A stretch of DNA of 64,000 nucleotides, taken from positions 16,988,001 through 17,052,000 of the forward strand of contig JBHGNT010000016.1 of the NCBI GenBank assembly GCA_043228905.1, written 5' to 3'. The stretch is from Azolla caroliniana (taxonomy: Eukaryota; Plantae; Polypodiophyta). Below are positions 1 to 11,711 of this stretch, one piece after another; position 1 is the first letter of the stretch, and every line of letters begins with the position of its first letter. The translations under genes were made by a program, and so were the position numbers. The notes beneath the pieces are model-generated. The model ran no database searches and was not told where the DNA came from. It was given only the letters and a program-made list of their open reading frames with translations.

Positions 1-920
1 GTTTTGAGGTTCCGATTAGTGTTAATGAACTTTTGTGTATAACGTCTTTCTTTAGTCTCTATTCTCTATTCTCTATTCTCTATTCTCTATTCTCTATTCT
101 CTGTTAGGGTTTCATCTTGGAGTGTGTGTTGTCTCTATTTTTTTGTTAGGGTTTCGGTGTCTTCTATGTGCATGCGTAGGTGGTGTGTTTGGTTGTGGCA
201 GGTGGCGTGCGGACTGTCTATGCTTTCCCTGAGTTCCTACTCGTTAGCTCTCAGCACTCCGTTGTCCGACATGTCTACGAGTGTGTGTGTAGGTGCTGGC
301 TTCTGCCGCTTATGCAAAGCCTGCGCGCTAGGTGGTTCGTTGGCAGGTCTCCCTCCTTGGCGCGCAAGACTCCACTCGGTTCAGCGAGCACGTGCACTCC
401 CTAAAGGCAGCTTGGCACAGGAGGCGGTCGTTCTGGAAGAGGCGTGCCTTGTACGAGGGTCTCGTTGCGCGGACGAGCCCAAGAGCTCCCCGACCGGCCC
501 TACGGTGCAAGCTCCCTTTTCCCCTCCGTGTGGAATTGGTATTGTAGCGAGCGGTGCGTGTGTAGGTGTGTGTGTGTCTCTGGTTAGCGTAGGGTCCGAG
601 AGCGGGTGCATGTGTGGTCGCCGGTGTAGAGGTGCCGGTTGTAACCGGGTGTGTATATGGGTGTGTGGGTGTGTACGGTCGCGGTTACCGTGCCTCTTTT
701 GGCCCCCTTGTACATACGGGTGAAAGGGGCGGCGAGGACGAGGGCGCACTCTCTCGCTTCTCGTGTGGTTACCGGTCGCATCCAGAGAGTATCCGAGATC
801 GAACGGCCGGCAACGTAGCAATCTCCGGAAGATTCGGGTCCCCGGCAACTCCTCCCCTCCTGCTCCATGACCGTAGTGGTTCTGCTTGGATCCAATATGC
901 AAGCGTGGATATCCGCGACA
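1..920 (+). mobile_element. 3' part of a Ty3/gypsy 5' LTR (TGTCG...CGACA group); start not located
   Basis: Ends GCGACA at 920 and is followed by a tRNA-Trp PBS. The same junction occurs at 63882. Confidence 0.7.
55..102. repeat. (ATTCT)n microsatellite
   Basis: Tandem ATTCT units visible directly. Confidence 0.9.
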
Positions 921-924
921 TCTT

Positions 925-942
925 TGGTGAACCCGACGTGAA
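925..942 (+). promoter_or_regulatory. Primer-binding site, tRNA-Trp
   Basis: TGGTGAACCCGACGTGAA is complementary to the 3' end of plant tRNA-Trp. Confidence 0.85.
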
Positions 943-3352
943 GGGCGGCAAGGGAGGATGGAGTTCGAGGCCGAAGACTTCGTGAAGGAGAGTTGAGAAG
1001 CGTCGCATCGAGATGGGCGAGGTCGAGGGAGTCGACCGTTACAACGGGGACGGAGTCCCACGAGTTTCACCTCCGGCTCGACCGTGTAGCATAAAGAGGA
1101 GGAGCTCCGAGCACCTCACAAAGCGCGGTCACCCGGGTGCGAAACGAAGGTGGCATGCGACGACGCGACATCGCAGTAGGAAACGGGGCACGGATGAGAC
1201 AGACGTGGTCGAGCCGGAGGGCAAGCAGGGAACGACAGTGCTGGTATGAGAGAGGGTGTGGGACGAGCCGCCCTCTTTTACATGGGGAGAAAGACCGGCC
1301 GAGCGAAGGTCGAGAATCGGGAAGAAGATGATCAAGGGTACGGAATGAGTTCGGCAGGATCGACATCAGAGCCGAAACTCCAGACATTGGAGAATCAAGC
1401 CCAAGCGGGGCTTGATCGATCACGGAGCAGATGCTTTCCACAACACCACTAAAAGGGTCGATGGCCCCAGATGAGTCGTCGGGAGTCGTTACGAAATCAG
1501 TGTCCCCACATCTTGACCGGAGACTTCGACAGTTCGGCCGGCATGCCAACGTGAGACCGAAAGAGATGGAAGATGGAGGCGGGAGCACAACAAGGAGAGA
1601 TGACGAGTTCGGGAGAAGTACAAGGGATGAAGTGGAGAACGAAGTCCAGTCCTATGGGTCACTTCACACCGGGCTAGAGACTTCGGCGGTTGGCATCGGA
1701 TCCGATGTAAGACCAAGATACTGATGGTGGCGGCAGGAGAACGGGACCTGGCAATCCAGAGAATGACGGATGGACCTGGACAAGAACCGGGCGGGGCAAA
1801 CTTCCGAATAACCGATCCGGGAGGGAGGAGAGAGTAGGCCTACGGAGAGGCCAGGAACACGGTACGTTGGTACCACGGGAGAGGGTGTGGAGCAAGCCAC
1901 GCTCTCGGCTTGCGGAGAAAAATGACCCAGGATAAGGGTCAAAGATACAACAAGCCCTAGGAGGATCCTTCACACCGGTTCTGGAGACTGCGACAGTTGA
2001 CCGAGAGCCGGCGTGAGACCTAGAGTAACGAACGATGGCAACGAGGGGACTAAGGCGAAGGACTGTGGATGGACGGTTTATGGAGATCCTCACACCGATC
2101 CGGCAGTCGGCCTGAGTGCCGGCGTGAGTCCTATAGGAGAGAATGGTGGCGACAGGTGAACGTGACCAACGGAAGAGGCCAACACGGAGGTCGGGAAAAA
2201 CGGCAAGCGGTGCTGCTGCGACCTTACACACACCGGTTCTAGACACTCCGTCAGCCGGCAACGAAAACCGGCGTGAGACCCAGAGAGAAGAACAGTGGCA
2301 GCGGCAAGCTGGGCAACCGAAAACAGCAAGGGGGAGGTCCCACGAAGACACTCACACCGATCCGGAGACTCCGGCAGCCGACAACAAGAGCCGGCATGAG
2401 GCCTAGAGAGAAGGACGATGGCGGCAAGAGAACATGATCGGACGACGGAAAGCAGAGCGAAAGGAGGTATGAGGTCAGTGGGGTGGACACGAACCAGATA
2501 TGGACCCGACCAGCAAAGTTGGCAAGACAAAGGTCGAACGCGCTTGGTACGAGAGTTAGTGATCCAACAAAACGGAGGCCCGAGAAGGATCCTTCACACT
2601 TGCCCGGAGACCCCGATTGTTCGGCCGACAGGGCAAGGTGAGACTGAGGGTAATGGATGGTGGTGGGAAGGAGACGAAGGCGGCAACAACAGAAGCACTG
2701 ACCATCCAAGGCATTACATGAATGAAGGAGGCCATGCGGGCCGAGACGCGGCAAGGGTGATTTTCCGGTAAGCTGCCGAGGACACCCGATTAAGGAGCGA
2801 TGTGCCGAGCCGGAAAGGTCATGTGCCCGCAAGTGGAACGAAAGACGTGCATATGGCTATCAAGGGCCAAAGCGAAGCACGAGTACGGGACGATGTTCGG
2901 CACAGGCGATGCCGAACAAGGAAGGCGGAGGATGACACACGGAGGTGCCGGGAATGATAACACGCACGCGCGTAAACGAACCACGTGGGATGGAGACCAG
3001 AAACAAGATCAAGGGCCGGAGAAGGATCCTCCACGCCCACTTCTGAGATCTCGGCAGCTTAGTCGGAGTGGCAACGACTGGCGTGGCAAGCCAAGCCCGA
3101 GGAAACAAGCTGGTGGGGGCAAGGGGATGACGACAAGCGGAAGGCTCCATACCGGTGGCAACAACGCAAGGTGAAAGTGGCCAAGCGGGCTACTATAGAT
3201 CTTCCTCGGGCACGGAGGACACCAGTACGCGGAGAACCGGCGATGCACGATCTGGCCGGGCGAGGGCTAACGACGCGTGCATGAGGAGTAACCGAAGTTC
3301 AACATCGGCAATGCTGAACACAAGAAGGGGATGCACGGCACACGGAGGTGCC
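943..3352 (+). mobile_element. GC/purine-rich internal region of the Trp-primed gypsy element, with dispersed hairpin repeats
   Basis: Follows the PBS. No recognisable protein domain. About 6 copies of a CACACCG...CCGGCGTGAG unit at 1961-3080. Confidence 0.5.
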
Positions 3353-3694
3353 TGTCATGATATGGCAAGACTCGAACCCATGACCTTATACTGCATGGGT
3401 CGAGCTCTTGACCATTAGACTATACATTGTAATACATAGAATATTATTTTCATTTATGTTTTATTATAGAAATTTGATGTATATTCAAGATTTCTCTGGA
3501 ACATTCTAGAAACTTCAGGAGTATTCCTTAGAACACTATAAAAGGAGGCACAAGGCATTATTTCTAACCAAATCGGTTCAAACTGTCAGGAACAGTACTA
3601 AGACAGAGAAGGAATTAGTACTAAAAGAAGTATTAGTACTAAGAGAGGTGAAGAACTCTCGAGAGAAGGAAAGAGTGAGTGAGAGAGAGTGAGT

Positions 3695-4243
3695 GATGAT
3701 CAAGCGTTGATGGAGCAATTCCGTTATGGTTTACGCAACGACGTCAAGGATTTACTCTTGACCTTCCCCGAAGAGCCAAAGTCCTTAACAGAAGCAATCA
3801 GTCGTGCGGTGAGATGTGACAACCGCCTCTTTGAGCGACGTTCGGAACGACAACTACAGATGCCGAGGGCAAGATCAAAGCCCACCTACGCCTCAGTGGT
3901 AGCAAAACCTTTTCTGAGGGAGTCATATAATGTGCCTCCAGCGAATACTCCGACTCTGATGGAGATTGACACTACACGTCGTCGAGGGCCATTATCCGAA
4001 GAAGAAAAGCAGCGACACCGTACAAATCGACTATGTCTTTACTGCACTGGACCAGGACATATTGCAATAAATTGCCCCCATAGGCCAAGAAGACAGGTAA
4101 ACCAAATAGTCGCTAGTTCTAATTGTACTAAACCCGAGCCTATTTCAGTAGGGATATCTGATAGTCCTAATAGTACTAATAGCCCAGATCTAGCAAACAG
4201 ATTTGATGTCCTTAGTCAGTTAGAAGAAGAGTTAAACGACTAA
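3695..4243 (+). CDS. 5'-truncated gag with CCHC zinc knuckle
   Basis: DDQALMEQFRYGL...MEID...CLYCTGPGHIAINC. The N-terminal half is missing relative to the copy at 47797-48951. Confidence 0.9.
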   Translation, partial: DDQALMEQFRYGLRNDVKDLLLTFPEEPKSLTEAISRAVRCDNRLFERRSERQLQMPRARSKPTYASVVAKPFLRESYNVPPANTPTLMEIDTTRRRGPLSEEEKQRHRTNRLCLYCTGPGHIAINCPHRPRRQVNQIVASSNCTKPEPISVGISDSPNSTNSPDLANRFDVLSQLEEELND

Positions 4244-7200
4244 GTCCAGCCAAAATAGGAGCTGTTTGGTTGGACAGCCCTAGATCTGTGCAGCCCATTA
4301 GCGGTTCCATTCCCTCTAAGCAAGTTAGTGATGTGTTCGTAGCCCAAGTAATAGTTAGTACTAAAAGTATCCCTCCAGTACATGTCCTAGCACTCCTAGA
4401 TTCCGGAGCTAACTCTTGCTTTATGGATAAGAAATTTGCTCAAGCTCATAAGATATCCCTAAGAAAACTCCAGTGTCCAACCTCTATAGTAGTCATTGAT
4501 AGACGTCCCATTGCTTCCGGAAATATCATAGAAGAGTCAGAGCCCATTAATATTGTCCTAGATAACTTAGCATGTGTAGTATCATTTAATATTATTAGTA
4601 TCCCAGAACATCCCATAGTTTTAGGATTACCGTGGTTCGAGTTACATAACCCAGACATAGATTGGAGAACAAGAGAAATCCGGTGTCAACAAACCCAAGG
4701 GTCAACTCAAAAGATGGCAACCATTTCGCTACGTCAGTTGCGTAAAGAAGGGCGCAAGGAGGAAATGTTCCTCTTTGCAATATCAGTAAACCCCTCCAGC
4801 ACCACTAAAGAAGAATCCACCATTCAACTTCCCGAGAAGTATCGTCATTACGCCGATGTGTTCGATAAAGTACAAGCCAACACACTTCCTCATCATCGAC
4901 CGTACGATTTCCCCATCGATTTACAACCGGGAAAAGAGCCGCCATGGGGACCGATCTACAATTTGTCACCAACCGAGCTGGAAGTCCTTCGGGCCTATAT
5001 AGAGGAGAATTTGGAAAATGGTTTCATCCGGCATTCGAAATCTCCAGCCGGCGCGCCCATTTTCTTCGTCAAGAAAAAGGATGGATCGCTTCGTCTTGTT
5101 GTAGATTACCGTGGCCTGAATAAGGTTACAATCAGGAATAGGTATGCTCTTCCCCTTATCTCAAGTCTTTTAGAACGGATCAATGGTGCCAGGTTCTTCA
5201 CGAAGATCGACTTACGGGGAGCATATAACCTCGTACGGATCCGACCAGGAGACAAATGGAAGACCGCGTTTCACACCAGATATGGGCACTTCGAGTATAC
5301 GGTCATGCTGTTCGGCCTCACTAATGCACCGACAATCTTCCAGCACATGGCTAATGATATATTCCGAGATCTATTGGATGATTGTTTGATCATCTATTTG
5401 GATGATCTACTGGTTTATTCAAAGACCCAAGAAGAACATGATTCTCATCTACTATTACTACTAAAACGACTTCGAGAACATGGTCTGTATGCAAAGCTGG
5501 AAAAATGTAGTTTCGGGTGCAACCAAGTGGAATTTCTCGACTACATCATTTCGTTAGAAGGCATCTCCATGGGCCCAACTAAGGTCAAAATGGTGGTAGA
5601 ATGGCAGACTCCACGTTCGGTGCGGGATGTGCAATGCTTCCTAGGCTTTGCCAATTTTTACCGGAAGCTCATACAAGATTACTCAAAGATCGTTCTACCT
5701 CTCACACAACTTACCAGGAAGGGACAACCGTTCATTTGGTCTGAAGAAACGGACGTGGCTTTCGAGAGTCTTAAAAAGGCATTTACATTGGCTCCAATTC
5801 TAGCTCATGTCGATCCGGAAAAACCATTTATTATCGAAGCTGACGCATCGGATTTTGCATTGGGGAGCATTCTGTCACAACAGGGGAATGATGAGAAGCT
5901 GCATCCAGTGGCTTTTCACTCATGCAAGTTTGACGCCGCCGAAATCAACTACGAAATTCATGATAAGGAGCTATTGGCAATAGTGGATTCTTTTATGCAA
6001 TGGAGGCATTTTCTGGAGGGATCCTCTCATCCGGTCACCGTATTTAGTGACCACAAGAACATTGCCTACTTTCAGGATGCTCGTGTGTTGAATCGACGTC
6101 AAGCTCGGTGGGCCCACTTCCTCACGCGTTTCGACTTCAAAATTACATATCGTCCGGGGAAGCACCAAGGTAAGGCAGATGCATTATCACGACGTTCGTA
6201 TCTAGCACCCCGTCCCGGCGAGCCAGCTTTCGATAACCAAAGACAAGTCATCTTGGGACCGGCACGACAACAAGCAACAAAGATCTTTGACATGCCCATG
6301 GATTCCCACGTTATCGATACCATACATGAAGACTTGAAGACAAATGCGGTCGCCCAAGGTATACTAGCACAAATTGATCCCTCTCGAGCATCGTGTTCAC
6401 AGTCGCAACCACCAGGTAGGGACTATCGGCAATTCAAATACCATGATGGATTACTCTTCTTTAAAGAACTTTTGTATGTTCCTAATGGTTCTTGCCGCCT
6501 TCAAGTAGTACAAAACTGTCATGACACATATACAGTTGAGCATTTTGGTAGTACTAAAACACTACATTTAGTACAACGATCATTCTGGTGGCCCTGTATT
6601 CGACAATTTGTCGAGGATTTTGTTCGGACTTGTGATACATGCTGCAAAGTGAAAATGCCAAGGCATCATCCATATGGTTTATTAGAACCATTACCAATTC
6701 CAAGCAAGCTGTGGCAATCCAATTCTCTAGACTTCATCACAAATCTTCCAGTCTCTAAGGGGTTCAATGCGATTCTAACGGTGGTCGATCGATATACGAA
6801 GATGGCTCATTTCTTGCCATGTACTAAGGAGATCTCTAGTGAAGACACTGCCAAAATTGTCATGCGTGAAGTATGTCGGCATCATGGACTTCCTGATAGT
6901 ATCATCAGTGACTGTGAACCCCAGTTCGTGTCAAAATTCTGGAAGCACCTTTTTAACATGCTCAAGGTCACTTGTAACCTCTCCTCCGGCTACCACCCAC
7001 AAACCGACGGCCAAGCCGAACGAACCAATCAAACGCTGGAGCAGTATCTGCGGTGCTTTCTCAGCTATCATCAGGATGACTGGGCAGATATTCTCCACTT
7101 CGCCGAATTTTCCTATAACAACTCTATCCACGCATCCACGGAATTACACCATTTTATGCTTATACGGGATGTCACCCCCGGTGGTGTGTACTTGAAACCC

Positions 7201-7826
7201 CAAAGGTGTCCACAAATCCTTGGGCAGAGGATTGTTTGGAGAGGTTATGCAAGATACAAGCGGATTTATCTACTCATCTCCAACAAGCTCAACAAACACA
7301 CAAGGTTTATGCGGATCGTCATCGACTCCCATCTAGTTTTAACATTGAAGATCGGGTATGGCTACTCCGACGACACATCAAGACTACTCGCCCATGCGAG
7401 AAGTTGGATTATCGGCGATTAGGTCCTTTCCGTATTATCGGAAAGATTAATGATGTCGCTTTTCGTCTTGATCTACCTCCACAACTTCGGATACATCCGG
7501 TGTTTCATAGTTCTCTCCTCGAACCCTATCAAGAAAGCACCATCCCAGGACGTATTACACAGCCTCCACCCCCGATCGAGCTTGAAGATGGACCTGAGTA
7601 CGAGGTTGCCGCCATCCTTGATTCCAAGCTTGTTCGCAACAAGCTCTACTATCTAGTCGATTGGCTAGGATATAGTCCCAGCGAGCGTACTTGGGAACCG
7701 ATAGAGAATGTCACCAATGCTCGTGCTCTTCTTGAAGACTTCCATCGTCAATATCCAGACAAACCGGGTCCTCAATCCAAAACGACTCATTACACTCGTC
7801 CTTTTAAAGGGAGGATAATGTCATGA
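4231..7826 (+). pseudogene. pol: protease-RT-RNase H-integrase-chromodomain, frameshift near 7140
   Basis: LLDSGA, YLDD, EADASD, H-H-C-C zinc finger, SGYHPQTDGQAER, GPF, YLVDWLGY...TWEP. Confidence 0.93.
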
Positions 7827-8054
7827 TATGGCAAGACTCGAACCCAAATATTATTTTCATTTATGTTTTATTATAATTGATGTATATTCCAGATTTCTTT
7901 GGAACATTCTAGAAACTTCAGGAGTATTCCTTAGAACACTATAAAAGGAGGCACAAGGCATTACTTCGAACCAAATCGGTTCAACGCCAGTCTTAAGCCT
8001 CCTAGCTACTGTACATTTTCTTCACATAATATATATCTTTTCTTATCATCTCTC

Positions 8055-8110
<56 letters not shown>

Positions 8111-8213
8111 CTTCTCACTCACTCTTTCCTTCTCTCGAGAGTTCTTCACCTCTCTTAGTACTAATACTTCTTTTAGTACTAATTCCTTCTCTATCTTAGT
8201 ATTGTTCCTGACA

Positions 8214-10537
8214 GGCGGTATGCCGGCTGAAGAAGTCGTTGTACGGTTTGAAGCAAGCCCCCCGAGCTTGGAATGCAAAGATCACGCACCGGTTGCGTAA
8301 GATGGGGTTTGCAGCCTCCAAGTTTGACTCTTCGTTGTTCATCCGGCAAGGCTCAGCCGGTCCGGTATGTATCCTGCTGTATGTTGATGACTTAGTCATC
8401 ACAGGACCGGGTCTTCCAGAAGTCAACCGCGTGAAGTCCTAGTAGTTGGACGCATTTGAGATGAAGGACCTGGGGGACCTTCATTATTTTCTTGGGATCG
8501 AGGTGATCCGAACCCCCGACGGCATATTGCTCTCACAACGACATTATGTCTTGAATATGCTGTACAAGTTCGGCATGAGAGAATGCCGACTTGTCTCCAC
8601 ACCCTTGGACCGGAACTAGAAGCTTCGTCCCAACTCCGGACCGGCCTGCAACGAGAAACGGTTCCGACAAATTGTCGGAAGCCTTATTTACTTGACTATC
8701 ACGCGACTCGACATCAGCTATCCGGTCGGAATGATAAGTCAGTTCATGCAGAAGCCGACCGTGGAGTAGCTTCTGTGCACGCAACAGATACTGCGATATA
8801 TAAGCGGCACGAAGGACCGGGGACAGTTATACCAGCTTGGTATAACAGAAGAGCTAGTCGGTTACACGGATGCCGACTGGGCCGACGATGCATCGGATCG
8901 CAGATCCACTTCCAGTTTTATGTTTTCCCTTGGGAGCGCAGCTATTGCGTGGAGCAACCAACAGTGGCTCTGTCAAGCACTGAGGCTGAGTACCGGGGCG
9001 CGACCATTGCCACCTGCGAAGCCATTTGGCTTCGGTGACTGCTGCGAGACTTGCAGATCGAGGTACCGACCCCAATCCCGACTTATTGTGATAACATCAG
9101 CATCATGCAGCTCACCAAGAACCTTGTGTTCCATGCTCGAATGAAGCACATAGAAGTGCATTATCACTTTGTGCGTGAGCGGGTCCTGAGCGGTGAAGTT
9201 GAACTACGGTATGTTCACACGGATCGGCAAGTTGCCGACATCTTCACCAAGCCGCTCGGATCGGACAAGTTGCAACACTTTACCGACATGCTTGGTGTTC
9301 AGCATCTCGACGTGCCGCACTTGAGGGGGAGAAGAAGGGGCAAAGACACCGCCGGAACGGGCAAAGGCAAAGAAACTGTTGCTGACACAAGTAAGGGAAG
9401 AACCTGAATAGGGGGAGAGAAGGAGGAAAAAGAAGTCGGGTCGACGAAGAAATTCGGCACATCCGAACAAGTCGGAACAAGCGGCAGTGGTGGCAAGGTC
9501 AAGGAGGACCGAGGCAACCGGAAAGAAGAAGTGCGCACGCAGGAAGAAAAGGGCATATTATGCGGAGTTAATCATCATCATCACGGCGGCAGTGACCGAG
9601 ATATGGAGTCGAATGAAGAATTCGACTTCGGTGAACCGGCTGAAGAAGCCGAGGATGGAAGCAAGGCCAAGACCCGGACATAGTCTGATGTGGTGAAGGG
9701 CCTTAAACCGAAAGACGAGTCGGAGGATACCGACTCAGACAAGAGCTGGAACGAGTCGGGAGTGACCGATTCGGAAAAGAGCTGGAACGAATCAGAGACA
9801 GCTGATTTGGATCAACAAACAGATCCGGATGAACTGAATCAACTAGAGGCCAAGCAGAGACAGATGCAGCGGAAGTCGATGCCATTGCGGAGGAACCGAC
9901 GGATTGGCAAGTGCCGGAGTCATAGCAGCGAAGGAGCTCAGAGGGGCCTATTGAGCAAACATGCTGACCGAGAAGGTCGAGGCGCGCACAACTAGAAGGG
10001 TCGCGGCAGACCGGACGAGGAGCGCGAGCAAGGCGGAGCGACGCCAGGAGAAGTCGGTTGTAAGAACCGACTGCCACAGAGGCTAACACTAGGATCCAAC
10101 CTCAAGTTGAGCTTGAGGGGGAGTGTTGAGCGGCAAGCTCAATTGGAGCCGGATCGGTTGGATAAGCCTGAGCCAGTGAGCGAGATGGATCGGTAAGCCA
10201 GTGAGCAATCGAGCCGACAAGCAACAGAGCTGGTGAGCTGGGGAGCCGGTTAGCCGGATCCAATTGGTAACCAGAAGCGTAGTATTAGTTTAGACTACTA
10301 GGCAGTTATAGTCTTGTAGTAAGTGTTAGATGCTCGTGTGAGCATTGAAGTACGCAGTACTTTTGTTAGTCCCACGAGGACTTGTATAAATAGTGCTACT
10401 GAGCATAGTTGTATGAACAACGTGTTTATATTGTTTTGAATATAGCTTTTACATTCTGCTCTCTCTGTCTCTCCCGTGTACTCTATGTATTCTCTGCTTT
10501 CTCTGTTTTCTAACGCTTCCGCAAGTAATCATTTACA
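8214..10537 (+). mobile_element. 3' portion of a Ty1/copia element (degenerate RT-RNase H, extra 3' region, 3' LTR 10124-10537)
   Basis: LYGLKQAPRAW, LYVDDL, YCDN, KHIEVHYHFVRE, ADIFTKPL. PPT TTGAGGGGGAG, then TGTTG...TTTACA. Confidence 0.88.
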
Positions 10538-10745
10538 CCATGGAACATCAAGCCATTCACAGTATCGAGAGCTCACATCCCGAAATTGATTGAACTAGTC
10601 AAGGAGAAGATCAAGATGGGATCCTTGAACCATCCAATGTACCATACTCCAATTGATGGTTCACTGTGTTGAAAAGGAACGGTAGCTTACACTTCATTCA
10701 GGACTTGCAACCTATGAATCAAGTGACAATTCAAAACATGGAGCT
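10538..10745 (+). pseudogene. Ty3/gypsy RT N-terminal fragment
   Basis: PWNIKP...ILEPS..PYSN*WFTVLKRNGSLHFIQDLQPMNQVT. Confidence 0.7.
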
Positions 10746-11711
10746 TGCAGATATCCGAACTTGTAAATTTTTCTCACAACTTGTATTTCAAAATTGTGAA
10801 TGTGACCTTGGTCATGCACTCGCGCAACTCAAAGTGGTTCAAATATAGGTAAATTATAAGTTAGTTGGAAATTGAATGTAATATCTGGTTACTTACTTTG
10901 ACACTATTGTGTAAGAAAGATGAAGAGTGGTTGTAGGGACAACGTTTGAATGTGAATTAGGAGGAGACACGGGTTCGTATTTCAATCACATCTCATCCGA
11001 TTAATCTCCCCTAACCACTCATACCCTCATAAATTCTAAAAACTCACAATTCCAAAGTAAACTTTCCAACTCTACATTTCCTCCATCCTAAAGCTCCAAG
11101 ATTCACAAGAAAGGAAAAACTCAATCGACCCACTAATGGAAAGAAAAGAACCTTAAAACACTAGCATAGACCTTTTATAGGACTTTAGAGCTTTCTTGTC
11201 CATTACTTAACTTTTTACGTTCATTCATATTGATGCACATGACTTGGTTCGATGGGTCTAGTTTGTTTTAAAATCATGGCCTCCATATGAAATATTTGGT
11301 CTTAAGTGAGATTTGGACTTTCACCATTAGTTTGGACAACAATTTATTCTAACAAATTGATTTTTATGCATATTGATTTTTATCGTTCTAGATTCTCAAC
11401 TAGGAGCATAGTTCCTAATATTCGCATACGTCCAATTTACTGGACGTACGCAAATGTTTGCAAACGTAAGCGTATGATACACGATATTCGTTTGCCTTCT
11501 TTTTTTTTTACTTTTTTCGGCTTTTTTTAATTTTTGATATTCAAAATTCTTTGTAAATAGAAGTGACGTCTGACACACACACACACTCTCTCTCTCTCTC
11601 TCACAAGAACTGACAGATCTTCCCTCTCTACAAAATCTAGATATCTAATATACATATTACGCACTCCCTCACACAGACAAAACCCATAGCTCCTCTCTCT
11701 CTCTCTCTAAA

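Larger units (their letters stand above)
3353..8213 (+). mobile_element. Ty3/gypsy chromovirus (Tcn1-like), rearranged 5' end
   Basis: TGTCATGA start at 3353; 3' LTR 7819-8213 (TG...CA) after PPT AAAGGGAGGATAA; gag-pol with chromodomain. Flanks GTGCC/GGCGG give no TSD. Confidence 0.92.

Noticed and set aside
1961-2650. Repeat-spacer pattern resembling a CRISPR array
   Set aside because: Units are degenerate and irregularly spaced, there are no cas genes, and the context is a eukaryotic retroelement.
124-3418. Many overlapping 60-230 aa ORFs
   Set aside because: GC-rich, low-complexity LTR and internal sequence open in several frames; no recognisable domain.
9407-10100. Possible env-like extra ORF in copia
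   Set aside because: Fragmented acidic low-complexity sequence with no signal peptide or transmembrane segment.
10920-10990. tRNA-like GGTTCG motif
   Set aside because: No acceptor stem or cloverleaf could be built; not called as a tRNA gene.
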